Source: Candidatus Zixiibacteriota bacterium
Lineage (GTDB): Bacteria; Zixibacteria; MSB-5A5; UBA10806; 4484-95
Direction: 5' to 3'
Assembly (NCBI GenBank): GCA_029932605.1
Contig: JAOZPT010000001.1
Location: 57,059-121,058 of the forward strand
DNA length: 64,000 nucleotides
Shown: positions 31,852 to 41,876 of the stretch, piece by piece
Position numbering within the stretch: the stretch's first letter is position 1
Layout: each line of letters opens with the position of its first letter
Position numbers and translations under genes: made by a program
The notes under the pieces: model-generated
Told to the model about the DNA's origin: nothing
What the model saw: the letters and a program-made list of their open reading frames with translations, nothing else
Databases searched by the model: none

Positions 31852-33735
31852 ATGATTATCGCCTCGGTTTCCAATGTCTCAAAGAGTTATCCGTCTATTA
31901 CTGTTCTGGATGATGTTTCTTTAGCTATAAAGAAGGGGGAGAAGATAGGGTTTGTTGGTGCCAACGGTACAGGTAAAACAACTCTACTTGAGATAATCTA
32001 TGGCACTATTGAGGTTGATTCAGGAATCATTAACAAAGTAAGAAATCTGAAAATTGCATATCTTCCTCAATCACCATCGGCTACATTAAGAAGGCAGAGT
32101 CATGCAGATATCACTGTATTTGACTTCATTAAAGCCGGTCATGGTGAGATATTTTCGCTTAAGAGTGAAATCAGCGAACTTGAGCAGAAAATATCATCAG
32201 GACGAGCCACGCGAGCTGATAGGGAACGTTATGGTAAGGCCCTGGACTTATTTGAGAATTTGGGTGGTTATGGAATCGAGGCTAAAAGCGAAAAAATCGC
32301 CGTTGGTGTAGGGCTGGCAAAGGAATTATTGGATAGACCGGTAAGAAAGCTTTCAAATGGACAGATGAACCGCACTACATTAGCGCGCCTGTTGATAGCC
32401 AACCCCGATTTGATGCTTTTGGATGAGCCGACCAACCATCTCGATATTGAAGGTATCGAGTTTCTTGAGAACTATTTAAGTACATGCTCGGCAGCAGCGG
32501 TCATAGTATCTCACGATAGGAGGTTTTTGGATCGGACAGCTGAAAAGATCTGGGAAATTTATCCCCCGAAGGTGAAAGTTTATCCTGGCAATTACAGTGC
32601 CTATTTGGAGAGAAAGCATAAGCAGGATGAACAGGCTTTAAGGGCATATATCCGACAACAGGAATTTATTGTCAGGACAGAGTTTTTCATTCGCAAATAT
32701 ATCGCTGGCCAGAAGACAAAGCAGGCAAAATCAAGGCGCAAAATGCTTGAAAAGCTGGAACGTTTAAAGAAACCACACGGGGCAGACAAGAGCATCAAGC
32801 TTAAATTTTCCGATGTTGGGCGGTCAGATCGAATAGTCTGCCGATTTGATGATGTCGATTTTGGGTATGACCAAAAACCGTTGCTCAAACAATTGAGTTT
32901 TACGATTGAGCGTGGCGACAAAGTTGGTCTTCTGGGTAAAAACGGCACGGGTAAAACGACCATCCTTAAGTTGATAACGGGTAACCTGAAACCTGACGAT
33001 GGACAAATTTTGCGGGGTAAAAAAATAAATATGGGTTATTTTCGCCAATCTGGTCCGCGGTTTAATCCTGAAGATCAGGTTATCGATGTTGTCAAGAGAG
33101 TCTTGCCTGATTATAGCGAGGGCAGTATTCGGGATTTTTTAGCGAAATTTTTATTTACGGGTGAGGATGTTTTTCGGCCAGTGAAAACTTTCTCCGGTGG
33201 CCAGCTAAGCCGACTTGTCTTAGCCACTCTTATGGCTACAAAACCGAATTTTCTAATCCTCGATGAGCCAACCAATCACCTTGATATCCCATCGCGAGAG
33301 GCTCTTGAAAATGCCCTTGAGAACTACACTGGAACACTTCTCGTAGTATCACACGACCGGTTTTTCTTGGATGCAATCGTCAATAAAATCCTTCTGCTGG
33401 AGGATGGGAATATTACCACTTATCTTGGTAATTATTCTTACTTTGAATCAGGAAAGCAAGAGATATCAGAAGTTACAAAAACGGTTGAGCGACTAGGTAA
33501 GAAGTCAATACGAAAACCAAAAAGCAAAAAGGTTAACCCCTTGATTATAAGAAAGATAAAAGAAGAAATAAAAGTCCTGGAAAAGGATTTGATAAAGGTT
33601 GAGGATAACTTGAAGTCTGGTAAATATAAATACAACTGGGAGAAGCTCCATATATTGCAGGATGAGAAGACCGAGCTTGAAAATCGACTTCTTTTGTTAT
33701 ACGAACAGCTTGAAAATATTTCGGCAAAGGAGTAA
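31852..33735 (+). CDS. ABC-F family ATPase (ribosome-associated)
   Basis: Two ABC domains (GANGTGKTT/LSNGQ/LLDEPTNHLD and GKNGTGKTT/FSGGQ/LDEPTNHLD), an interdomain linker, a C-terminal coiled coil and no TM segments. Confidence 0.95.
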   Translation: MIIASVSNVSKSYPSITVLDDVSLAIKKGEKIGFVGANGTGKTTLLEIIYGTIEVDSGIINKVRNLKIAYLPQSPSATLRRQSHADITVFDFIKAGHGEIFSLKSEISELEQKISSGRATRADRERYGKALDLFENLGGYGIEAKSEKIAVGVGLAKELLDRPVRKLSNGQMNRTTLARLLIANPDLMLLDEPTNHLDIEGIEFLENYLSTCSAAAVIVSHDRRFLDRTAEKIWEIYPPKVKVYPGNYSAYLERKHKQDEQALRAYIRQQEFIVRTEFFIRKYIAGQKTKQAKSRRKMLEKLERLKKPHGADKSIKLKFSDVGRSDRIVCRFDDVDFGYDQKPLLKQLSFTIERGDKVGLLGKNGTGKTTILKLITGNLKPDDGQILRGKKINMGYFRQSGPRFNPEDQVIDVVKRVLPDYSEGSIRDFLAKFLFTGEDVFRPVKTFSGGQLSRLVLATLMATKPNFLILDEPTNHLDIPSREALENALENYTGTLLVVSHDRFFLDAIVNKILLLEDGNITTYLGNYSYFESGKQEISEVTKTVERLGKKSIRKPKSKKVNPLIIRKIKEEIKVLEKDLIKVEDNLKSGKYKYNWEKLHILQDEKTELENRLLLLYEQLENISAKE

Positions 33736-33792
33736 TAGATAAACATTGTAACGAAACTCAATAAAATCCACTTTCCGATTCTGATATTCATC

Positions 33793-35295
33793 GTGGTCTT
33801 TTCACTTTTTCCAAACAACGATCAGTGGTTCGATTCTTATACTTATGCTTTAAATGTTAGGGATGGTGTTGATTTATTTCATCCACATCATCTGCTTTAC
33901 AATGTGCTGGGGTATTTATTTTACAATGCATTCAAATTTACAGGCATTGGAAGTTTGAAGCTTCTTTCTTTTGTAAATTCGATTTTTGGTGTATTTACAT
34001 TGGTGCTGATTTTTTTGATTGTAAAAAGTCGAAAAGGTTCGATATCAGCAACACTTTCAACCCTGATAATCGGTTTTTTATATTCATTCTGGTATTACTC
34101 CACCTCAGTTGAGGTTAATATGCCGGCTTTGATGTTTTTATTCATTGCCCTATACCTGTTAACGGTTAAGCCACAGTCAAGAACAAACACAATAGCCGTC
34201 TATATTTTTATTTCAGTCGGCGTCCTTTTCCATCAATTGTTGATATTAAGTTTAATTCCTATTTTTATTTATGATATAAAGAAATACCGTTCATTTGCTA
34301 AACCTGTTTTATATGTTTTGCCCGGTTTTGGGATAATGGCACTGACATATATCATAATCGGGATATTGAAGGCACCCGAGAAAAGCATAAATGGATTGTA
34401 TGAGTGGTTGACATTGTATAGCCACTATGGCCAATGGGGTAAAATTAGAACCGAGAATTTAATAATCGGTTTTTGGGGAATAACAAAAACTATATTCGGA
34501 GGAGATAGCCTCAGGCGGATTTTTTATGATGGTAGGTTATCCTGGTTAAATATGATTTATTGCATGGCTGTAGTTATTGTAACTGCAGGGATGGTCTGGC
34601 TTTTATTGACTTCCATAATATTGTTTTGGCGTCATCACAATCAACAAGGGTTGTTGATGTTGGGCTTTATCTTCGTTTTTGGAGTATTTGCTTTCTGGTG
34701 GGCTCCCAGCGATGATGGTTTTTGGCTTTTCCCCGTTATTTTGGTTTTGCTTTTTGCGTTTGGAGAGAACAGTTATAGATATCAAAGGCAAAAAATAACT
34801 AATGTTGTTCTGATTTTACTTTTAGCGATAAACATTGGTTACGAGATTATCCCTGCCTCACAAAAGGAGAACTCGATTGCCCGACAGGGAGCGAGTGCTT
34901 TGGCAAGGTTTGAACTTGCAACCAGTGATCTAGTACTGACTAATTTTAACCAGATACGCTTAGCGTTAGATTATCATCACCGGATAAAAGTACCTACTGC
35001 AAGTCTTGTATATTTAGAAAGCGGTGATAAAGATATTGTGATCTCAAATTACCAAAAACGTATTAAAGAAGTTCTTTCAAGGGGAAAAGTTCTATTATTT
35101 GAAGATGAGATTAGGCCTGAACCCCACAGGCGATTTCTTTACGAACGGTTTTCCCCTGATGATTATTCCAAAACGTATAGCCCTTTTATTCCTTATTTAA
35201 TACCTGTAGACTCTATTAAAGCTTACGGTAGAAATGTAATTATATATCGGATCGATCCTGAGATAATATCCGCTGGTAAGATTACATCAGAATGA
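33793..35295 (+). CDS. Polytopic membrane protein, GT-C-like (true start may be upstream at 33739)
   Basis: DS..YA, FHPHHLLY and YSFWYYSTSVEV motifs, about 10 hydrophobic segments and a soluble C-terminal region. Confidence 0.6.
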   Translation: MVFSLFPNNDQWFDSYTYALNVRDGVDLFHPHHLLYNVLGYLFYNAFKFTGIGSLKLLSFVNSIFGVFTLVLIFLIVKSRKGSISATLSTLIIGFLYSFWYYSTSVEVNMPALMFLFIALYLLTVKPQSRTNTIAVYIFISVGVLFHQLLILSLIPIFIYDIKKYRSFAKPVLYVLPGFGIMALTYIIIGILKAPEKSINGLYEWLTLYSHYGQWGKIRTENLIIGFWGITKTIFGGDSLRRIFYDGRLSWLNMIYCMAVVIVTAGMVWLLLTSIILFWRHHNQQGLLMLGFIFVFGVFAFWWAPSDDGFWLFPVILVLLFAFGENSYRYQRQKITNVVLILLLAINIGYEIIPASQKENSIARQGASALARFELATSDLVLTNFNQIRLALDYHHRIKVPTASLVYLESGDKDIVISNYQKRIKEVLSRGKVLLFEDEIRPEPHRRFLYERFSPDDYSKTYSPFIPYLIPVDSIKAYGRNVIIYRIDPEIISAGKITSE

Positions 35296-35399
35296 CATTT
35301 AGCTCCTTACGGTGGGAGTAGTATTATTGTTCAACCGGTCCGGGGCGAATTGTGGACTGATGGTACGATAGATGCAGGCTGTATTTGTCTATTAAGAAG

Positions 35400-37394
35400 C
35401 TATTTCAAAATATGGTCCATGAAATAGACATAATAGCTGGTGTATTCGTCGATAACTTTTTGTTTGGTGGTTGGTCCGTGACCGGATGTTGTATCCTCGA
35501 AATATAAAACATCCTTGCCTAGTTTGCCGAGGAGATATCCGAAGCGACGTGGATCTCCAGCGAAAACTCGGGGGTCATTGAAACCACTGGTTATGAATAT
35601 CGGTTTTTTGAGATTTTCGGATTTGAAGATGGGTGATAAGTCATGTGTCAGATCACTACCTATCTTGCCGAATTCGAGTTCCCAAATCTTCAGGCCGCCT
35701 TTGTCACCATGGATTTGGCAATAATCATGGTCGGCGACTCCTACTTGGCTTATGGCACAGGCGAACTTTTCCGGAGCTGTTACAGAAAGGTAGTTTACTG
35801 TATAACCACCATATGAAGCACCCCAGATACCGATTTTATCGGGATTAGAGTACCCTTCATTAATCAGGTAATCTAAGGCGGCTTCGGCATCGCCCAAAGC
35901 AGCATATCGTCCCTCGAGATTATCAGCCTTTTCCCAAGCGGGACCATATCCCGTTGAACCTCTGACATTGGGGCGCAGAATAATTATACCTTTTGATAAG
36001 GCAAAAGCGAGATTTCTCTGGAAGTATGGATGCCATTGTTCGGGAGGCCCACCATGATAATCGACTATAGCGGGGTTGTTGCCGTCTTTTTTAACGTTTG
36101 TTGGAACGTAAAGAAGTGCTGGTATCATTGTGCCATCTTTGGATGGATAACGAATAACTTTGACTTTTATATTGGAAAAATCGAAACCGAACGTGGAAAC
36201 AGAAGCCAAAGGTATAATTTCATTTACACCTAAGCGGAAATAATATATTGATGGTTGAATGTTTGGTGAGCTGAAACCGTAAACAAATTCGCCATAATCG
36301 TTGACGAAACCATTTTCATCAAAGGGGCCTTCGCCTGAGAGGTAACCCACTGGTAGTTTGGGCACATTCAACTTATTACCATTGAGATCAAAAGCCTCCA
36401 GTTCGGAATAACCATCCTTGTTTAGGGTTATGATAGCCGATCTTACACTTTTAACATATTCAAAACCAGCCGATTCCATTTTGGGGTCATAGACAAGGTG
36501 CATTTTTTTCGGCTTTTTCAGTTTTATATAGACAACTTTATTGAATTCATCCGGCATGGAGAGAGCGTCGGTAATAAATACAACACGGCCATCTCCGGTA
36601 AAGAGTGCATTTTCAAAATTGCCACGTTTAGTGAGGTTTTTGGTTTTCAGGGTGTTTTCATCTAAAATGAAAAGTTGGTTTTCGGAAAAGGAGAAGAATC
36701 GGCCGCAAAGGAGCAGACCATTTTCGTAATCGTAAATGCCAGCCCATTCTTTATCTTGGTAAAGCGTGTCTAACTTATCGGTTGGAATAGTGTATTTACA
36801 GAAGAACTGGTTTTGCCGGTCGTCGATTGTTAAGAAAAACTCGTCTTTGTTCTTAAAGACGATGTTAGCGTATCTAACATCAGGATTAACCAAAAGCGGT
36901 TTGAAGCTGCCATCGCGGTTGAACATGTAAACATCGTGTCGTTCGCTACCGTGATACATAACCAGAACCAGAACGAATTCACCAGAAGGATAAACATCAT
37001 AACCCCATATCGAATAACCTTCTTCAGCCCAGTTGTTTGGTGAAAGCTGTTTTGGCCACCCCATTGGTTTATCGATATAAAAGAGGTGGCTGATTTCGCC
37101 GGTGATTCTCATCATGAAATATATTCTACCTGTGTTATCTATCTGGGGGTAGCTGACATGATCTATTCCCAGAAGGAAGGAAAGGTCTTTATAGGTTTTT
37201 TCCCAGTAGGGGGAACTTTCGAGTTTTTCCTTGGTTGCCTGATTACAGCTGTCAATGTAAGCCATCATACGGCTGGTGTCGGAGATAATCCAGTTATCTG
37301 CTTCCTTGAGAATATCCTCTATCTTTCCGGCAAATCCTGTAGCTGTATAATATCCTAATATTGCCAAACATACGAAAACAATGCATCTTTTCAC
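35400..37394 (-). CDS. S9 family (prolyl oligopeptidase-like) secreted serine peptidase
   Basis: Signal peptide, propeller region, HGGP, PNVRGSTGYG; catalytic GASYGG, NDPRV (Asp) and GHG (His). Confidence 0.92.
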   Translation of the reverse strand: MKRCIVFVCLAILGYYTATGFAGKIEDILKEADNWIISDTSRMMAYIDSCNQATKEKLESSPYWEKTYKDLSFLLGIDHVSYPQIDNTGRIYFMMRITGEISHLFYIDKPMGWPKQLSPNNWAEEGYSIWGYDVYPSGEFVLVLVMYHGSERHDVYMFNRDGSFKPLLVNPDVRYANIVFKNKDEFFLTIDDRQNQFFCKYTIPTDKLDTLYQDKEWAGIYDYENGLLLCGRFFSFSENQLFILDENTLKTKNLTKRGNFENALFTGDGRVVFITDALSMPDEFNKVVYIKLKKPKKMHLVYDPKMESAGFEYVKSVRSAIITLNKDGYSELEAFDLNGNKLNVPKLPVGYLSGEGPFDENGFVNDYGEFVYGFSSPNIQPSIYYFRLGVNEIIPLASVSTFGFDFSNIKVKVIRYPSKDGTMIPALLYVPTNVKKDGNNPAIVDYHGGPPEQWHPYFQRNLAFALSKGIIILRPNVRGSTGYGPAWEKADNLEGRYAALGDAEAALDYLINEGYSNPDKIGIWGASYGGYTVNYLSVTAPEKFACAISQVGVADHDYCQIHGDKGGLKIWELEFGKIGSDLTHDLSPIFKSENLKKPIFITSGFNDPRVFAGDPRRFGYLLGKLGKDVLYFEDTTSGHGPTTKQKVIDEYTSYYVYFMDHILK

Positions 37395-37516
37395 TTAACT
37401 TTCCTCCTTAAACATTTTCCATTTTTACATTTTTGTAAACGTATTTTCATTGATATAGTTACGATTAAAGATAAAAATTGATACAATAAGTTTTTCATAG
37501 CATTTATTGTAAATAC

Positions 37517-38308
37517 TTAACCTTCTTTAACATCGTAGTTGTAAAGGATTTTGCTTAACAGTTTATCTATTTGGTTAATTCTGAAAGGCTTGGCGATATA
37601 GCCGCTGGCACCTTCCTGAATTGCTTTCTTGGGAGGATATGCTAAAGGATAGCCTGTTATAATTACAACTGGCAGGTCCGGATATTTGGATTTTATTGAC
37701 TGCAAGAGTTGTATACCATTTATCCTGGGCATCATTATATCAGTAATGACGAGGTCGTAGTTGTTATTATCGATCGTCTCTAATGCTTCCTTTCCATCCT
37801 TTGCCCCATCGGCCTGGTAACCTAAGGCATCAAGGGAGTCAAGCATGGTTTTTAGAATTGATTGTTCATCATCGACAACCAGGATTTTTTTGCGTGTAGG
37901 TAAATGTCTTGATGCAACAAAATCATAACCCTTTAAAGTTTTTTCAATCAGCTCCTCCACTTTGCCGATTCTAAACGGTTTTACCAGAAAACCATCAGCT
38001 CCAGCTTCAAGAACATTTTTTTCTGGAACACCTTTACCTGAAATCGCCAATACAGGCATTTGAGGATATTCCTCTTTGATTGTTTTTATCAAATCGATAC
38101 CTGATTTATCCTTTAATATGACATCGGTTATGATGACATCGATATTTTCGGATTTTAAAATACCCAGAGCCCGTTGGTAATCTTCAGCGGTAATAGTATT
38201 ATATCCGATGGCTTCAAGCGTATCACCCAGTAGTTCGCGAATCATCTTTTCGTCGTCCACCACCAGTATTTTTATAGAATCGATGTCATATGATAAGTTA
38301 TCCATCAA
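37517..38308 (-). CDS. Tandem receiver-domain (REC-REC) response regulator without output domain
   Basis: Two copies of KILVVDDE...ITD...(S/T)G...KPFRI. Confidence 0.9.
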   Translation of the reverse strand: MMDNLSYDIDSIKILVVDDEKMIRELLGDTLEAIGYNTITAEDYQRALGILKSENIDVIITDVILKDKSGIDLIKTIKEEYPQMPVLAISGKGVPEKNVLEAGADGFLVKPFRIGKVEELIEKTLKGYDFVASRHLPTRKKILVVDDEQSILKTMLDSLDALGYQADGAKDGKEALETIDNNNYDLVITDIMMPRINGIQLLQSIKSKYPDLPVVIITGYPLAYPPKKAIQEGASGYIAKPFRINQIDKLLSKILYNYDVKEG

Positions 38309-39675
38309 CGTTTCCCTTGTTTTCTGATAATAGTTAAAACCTTATCTGTGTTTTTTCTCATGATTTGTTCTGATTCTGCTTCAAGGTTAAGCCTTAAAAG
38401 GGGTTCGGTGTTTGATGGCCTGACATTGAACCAGAAAGAACCGGCATCAATAGTTATACCGTCTAATGAGTCTATTTTTGCTTTGGGAAATGCCTCTGTC
38501 AACTCCTTTAATTTGCCTGGTATGTCACTGACTGTTGAGTTGATTTCACCTGAACGGTAATATTTATCGAATGTAGCTACAAGCTTTGACAGTTTCGCTT
38601 TACCGTTGATATCTATCGGGCTTTTACTTAAGAGCTCTAGGCAGACCGTAAAGGCGATCAGTCCAGAGTCGGCATACCAGTTATCCCTGAAATAAAAGTG
38701 CCCTGAATGTTCACCCCCGAAGATAGCTTTATGTTTTTTCATAATTGGTTTGATGATGGCATGTCCTACTTTCGTGCGGATTGGTTTACCGCCATTTGCT
38801 TTGATGACTTCCGGCACCGCTTTTGAGCAGATAAGGTTGTATATGATAGTAGAGCCTGGGTGCTTTTTTAGCATCGACTGGGAGACCAGGGCTGTTATCA
38901 TGTCCCCACCAAGAGGCTTGGCATTTTCATCGACGAGGAACATGCGATCAGCATCACCGTCAAATGCGACACCGAAATCGGCTTTTTCCTCGATGACGCG
39001 TTTTCTGAGGTCGGCAATATTTTCCGGCTCAATTGGGCTGGCTGGATGATTGGGGAAACTGCCATCAAGCTCGAAATACATCGGCACCAGTTGGCAGGGA
39101 AGGTTTTTAAAAAGCTCGGGTATGATTTTACCGGCCATTCCGTTGCCGGCATCAACGACGATTTTAAAGGGTTTAATTACAGAAACATCGATAAATGATA
39201 GAACATGGTTGATGAAATCTTTAAGGATATCCCGGTTTGATAAAGAGCCTTTTTTATCAACGGTACGTAAATTGTCAGTCTTGAGAAGGTGTTTGATCTT
39301 GGCCATTTCAACGTCTGCAGAAAGCGGCACCGCCTCTTTCTTACACATTTTCAAGCCGTTGTAATTTGATGGATTATGCGAGGCAGTGATTATTGCTCCA
39401 CAGTCAAAGCCGTATTTTCCAACCGCGAAATAAAGAGCATCGGTGGAAACAAGTCCGATATCAGTAACGTTGGTGCCAGAACTACGTAATCCATCAATGA
39501 AGGCTGAGGCCAGCTCTGATGAGGACAGACGCATATCTCTTCCCACAACACCGCTTTTTGCATTAAGGATATTGCCTAAAGCCATACCAATGGCATGGTA
39601 AATATCTGCATTTATCTGGCTCGGGTAAATACCGCGTATATCATAGGCTTTGAAGATCGTCTCGTCTACTTGCAT
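38305..39675 (-). CDS. Phosphomannomutase/phosphoglucomutase
   Basis: FKAYDIRG, TASHNP (phospho-Ser loop), FDGDADR (metal loop), GEHSGH and RPSNTEP. Confidence 0.96.
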   Translation of the reverse strand: MQVDETIFKAYDIRGIYPSQINADIYHAIGMALGNILNAKSGVVGRDMRLSSSELASAFIDGLRSSGTNVTDIGLVSTDALYFAVGKYGFDCGAIITASHNPSNYNGLKMCKKEAVPLSADVEMAKIKHLLKTDNLRTVDKKGSLSNRDILKDFINHVLSFIDVSVIKPFKIVVDAGNGMAGKIIPELFKNLPCQLVPMYFELDGSFPNHPASPIEPENIADLRKRVIEEKADFGVAFDGDADRMFLVDENAKPLGGDMITALVSQSMLKKHPGSTIIYNLICSKAVPEVIKANGGKPIRTKVGHAIIKPIMKKHKAIFGGEHSGHFYFRDNWYADSGLIAFTVCLELLSKSPIDINGKAKLSKLVATFDKYYRSGEINSTVSDIPGKLKELTEAFPKAKIDSLDGITIDAGSFWFNVRPSNTEPLLRLNLEAESEQIMRKNTDKVLTIIRKQGKR

Positions 39676-39751
39676 CTAAAATCTCCCTACAAATCTATAA
39701 GCAATGATTATCAAACTGTCAAGATATATTAAGGTCAGGTGATGTTCATAA

Positions 39752-39779
39752 GTAGGGGCTTATTGCAATACGCCCCTAC
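39752..39779. repeat. GTAG-type REP-like palindrome
   Basis: GTAGGGGCTTATTGCAATACGCCCCTAC, one mismatch from a perfect 28-bp palindrome. Confidence 0.75.
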
Positions 39780-39802
39780 ATATCTATCTCATTATGAAAA
39801 TA

Positions 39803-39852
39803 AATACAACCTGATTAAAATACTTGTATTATCGTTTGATATTATCTATATT
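39803..39852 (+). promoter_or_regulatory. Putative sigma70 promoter of the cassette array with an overlapping inverted repeat
   Basis: TTGTAT (39824) - 17 nt - TATATT (39847). The inverted repeat AATACAA-N14-TTGTATT overlaps the -35 element. Confidence 0.45.
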
Positions 39853-39913
39853 GTGCCTTGTTTTGGAGGCCTGGATTTTGTTAATAACGGGGGTTAGGTA
39901 AAGGTAGTGCTTT

Positions 39914-41137
39914 TTGCTCAGGCTTTTTAGTGTTATTTTAATTTTTTTACTGATTACCGGTTTTGGTTTTTGCCAGGAGATAACCCATCCTCCTGAAACC
40001 GAATCAGGAATGCCTCCTTACCCCAAGCCGGCAGCTCCCACTAATATATCGGTTAAAGACAATCCCAGCGATGGCGGTGGTAAGATCCTCATCACCTGGG
40101 AACTGTCCCCCGATGATGGTGCAGGTAAAAATAATGTTGTTGGTTACGAAATACTTCGTGCTCTCGAGGGTGACACGGTTTTCACTCCGGTTGGCTTGGT
40201 TTCTGTAGGTGTGAATAGGTATATAGACACCGGCACAGATGACCATGTTACATACATATACAAGGTTGTCGCCACCGATGGCATAACCGGGTCGGCCTCC
40301 GATATATCTCTACCAGTTCATTCATATCAGCAGTGGATTAATTTCAATCTTGGATTTCTGTTTATAATCGGGGCTTTGATTTGCGGTGCTGTCATTTATT
40401 TCATTTACCAGGCAAAGGGTGGGAGGAAGCTATTTATCCGGAAGATTGCTGGTCTCGAGGCTATTGATGATGCTGTTGGACGGGCTACCGAGATGGGGCG
40501 GCCGGTGCTGTTTATACCCGGCATCAGGGACATGGATGATGTTCAGACTATTGCCGGTATCACCATCCTCGGCCGGGTTGCTCGCACCATTGCTGAATAC
40601 GATATCAAGATCAATATGCCGGTTTCTCGTTCGATAGTGATGACCACTGCCAGGGAAACGATAAAGGAGGCTTATGCCTCGGCAGGTCGCATTGATGAAT
40701 ATTCCGATGATTTCGTTTATTACCTTACCGATGAGCAGTTTGGCTATGTGGCTGCTGTTGATGGTATAATGGTGCGGGACAGGCCAGCGACATGTTTTTA
40801 TATGGGGTCATTTTTTGCTGAAAGCTTGATTTTCGCTGAAACTGGTAATTCCATTGGTGCCATTCAGATTGCTGGAACCGCCATGCCTGCTCAATTGCCC
40901 TTCTTTTTTGTGGCCTGTGACTACACACTGATTGGTGAGGAGCTTTTCGCCGCAAGCGCTTATCTCTCTGGTGAACCCAAACAGCTGGGAAGTCTTAAGG
41001 GGCAGGATGTCGGTAAGTTTATCGCCATGGCGGCTATTTGTATTGGTGTTTTTGTGGCTACAATGTATTCGCTAACGGGCGTTGGTTTTTTTGAAGTTAT
41101 ACATGACCTTATGATTAGGATGTTTACATTTAATTGA
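39914..41137 (+). CDS. Cassette 1 subunit A: signal peptide + FN3-like domain + TM + DUF6754-like domain + TM
   Basis: PAAPTN...DNPSDGG..I.ITW..S.DD...Y.I.R...Y.YKV (FN3-like). Conserved domain motifs IRKIAGLEAIDDAVGRATEMGRP, QF.Y, AESL..AETG, QIAGT and DYTLIGEELFAASAYLS. The DUF6754 name is from memory. Confidence 0.75.
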   Translation: MLRLFSVILIFLLITGFGFCQEITHPPETESGMPPYPKPAAPTNISVKDNPSDGGGKILITWELSPDDGAGKNNVVGYEILRALEGDTVFTPVGLVSVGVNRYIDTGTDDHVTYIYKVVATDGITGSASDISLPVHSYQQWINFNLGFLFIIGALICGAVIYFIYQAKGGRKLFIRKIAGLEAIDDAVGRATEMGRPVLFIPGIRDMDDVQTIAGITILGRVARTIAEYDIKINMPVSRSIVMTTARETIKEAYASAGRIDEYSDDFVYYLTDEQFGYVAAVDGIMVRDRPATCFYMGSFFAESLIFAETGNSIGAIQIAGTAMPAQLPFFFVACDYTLIGEELFAASAYLSGEPKQLGSLKGQDVGKFIAMAAICIGVFVATMYSLTGVGFFEVIHDLMIRMFTFN

Positions 41138-41192
41138 TTAAGAAAAGATAAGCTACCTGGGGAGTTATGTTCTCCGGGGGTGACCAAATACG

Positions 41193-41876
41193 ATGAAACG
41201 ACAGATACCATTAATAATAACAGCAATCGTCGGAACAGTTTTAGTTGTCTCGGTCTTTATACCGCATGATCCATTCGGTAGACTTGGGGAGAACTTCTCA
41301 GTTTATTTTGATATCATAGCAGTTTTCGCCTTTATTCTTGGCGGTGGTAATTTAATTCGTATTCACGGTAACCGTATTTATAGGAAGTCGAAGAACTGGC
41401 AATTTTCCATAGTCACGATAGTTGGTTTTATTGTGACGCTCATAGCCGGAGCCTTCAAGATAGGAAACCCTGGGGGAATCCAAGGTGATGTGGCAGCACC
41501 CGGTTCACTTTTTACCTTGATTTATGATAATATATTCACCCCTTTACAGGCGACGATGTTTTCCATATTAGCCTTTTTCGTAGCTTCTGCATCTTATCGT
41601 GCATTCAGGGCCAAAAGCAGGGAGGCCACAATTCTCTTGATAGCCGCATTCATCATTCTTTTAGGAAGAACGCCTATTGGTGATTATATTACTTTCTGGC
41701 TTCCCGGCTGGCTTAATTTTTTCCATATACCTATCCTGGCGAACTGGATAATGGCTATTCCAAACCTTGCTGGCCAGAGGGCTATCATGATAGGTATATC
41801 GTTGGGTGTAGTATCGATGTCGCTAAGGCTTATTCTCGGGATTGAGCGGGGATATATCGGTTCGGAGGGTAAATAA
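41193..41876 (+). CDS. Cassette 1 subunit B: polytopic membrane protein of unknown function
   Basis: About 6 hydrophobic segments. MKR.IP, TMFS.LAFF.ASA.YRAFRA and RAIMIG..LG...ILGIER motifs are shared with the 46513 and 50083 paralogs. Confidence 0.8.
   Translation: MKRQIPLIITAIVGTVLVVSVFIPHDPFGRLGENFSVYFDIIAVFAFILGGGNLIRIHGNRIYRKSKNWQFSIVTIVGFIVTLIAGAFKIGNPGGIQGDVAAPGSLFTLIYDNIFTPLQATMFSILAFFVASASYRAFRAKSREATILLIAAFIILLGRTPIGDYITFWLPGWLNFFHIPILANWIMAIPNLAGQRAIMIGISLGVVSMSLRLILGIERGYIGSEGK

Noticed and set aside
39700..39718. Fur-box-like TGATAATCATT upstream of the PMM gene
   Set aside because: Only about 12 of 19 positions match in AT-rich DNA, and no iron-related genes are adjacent.
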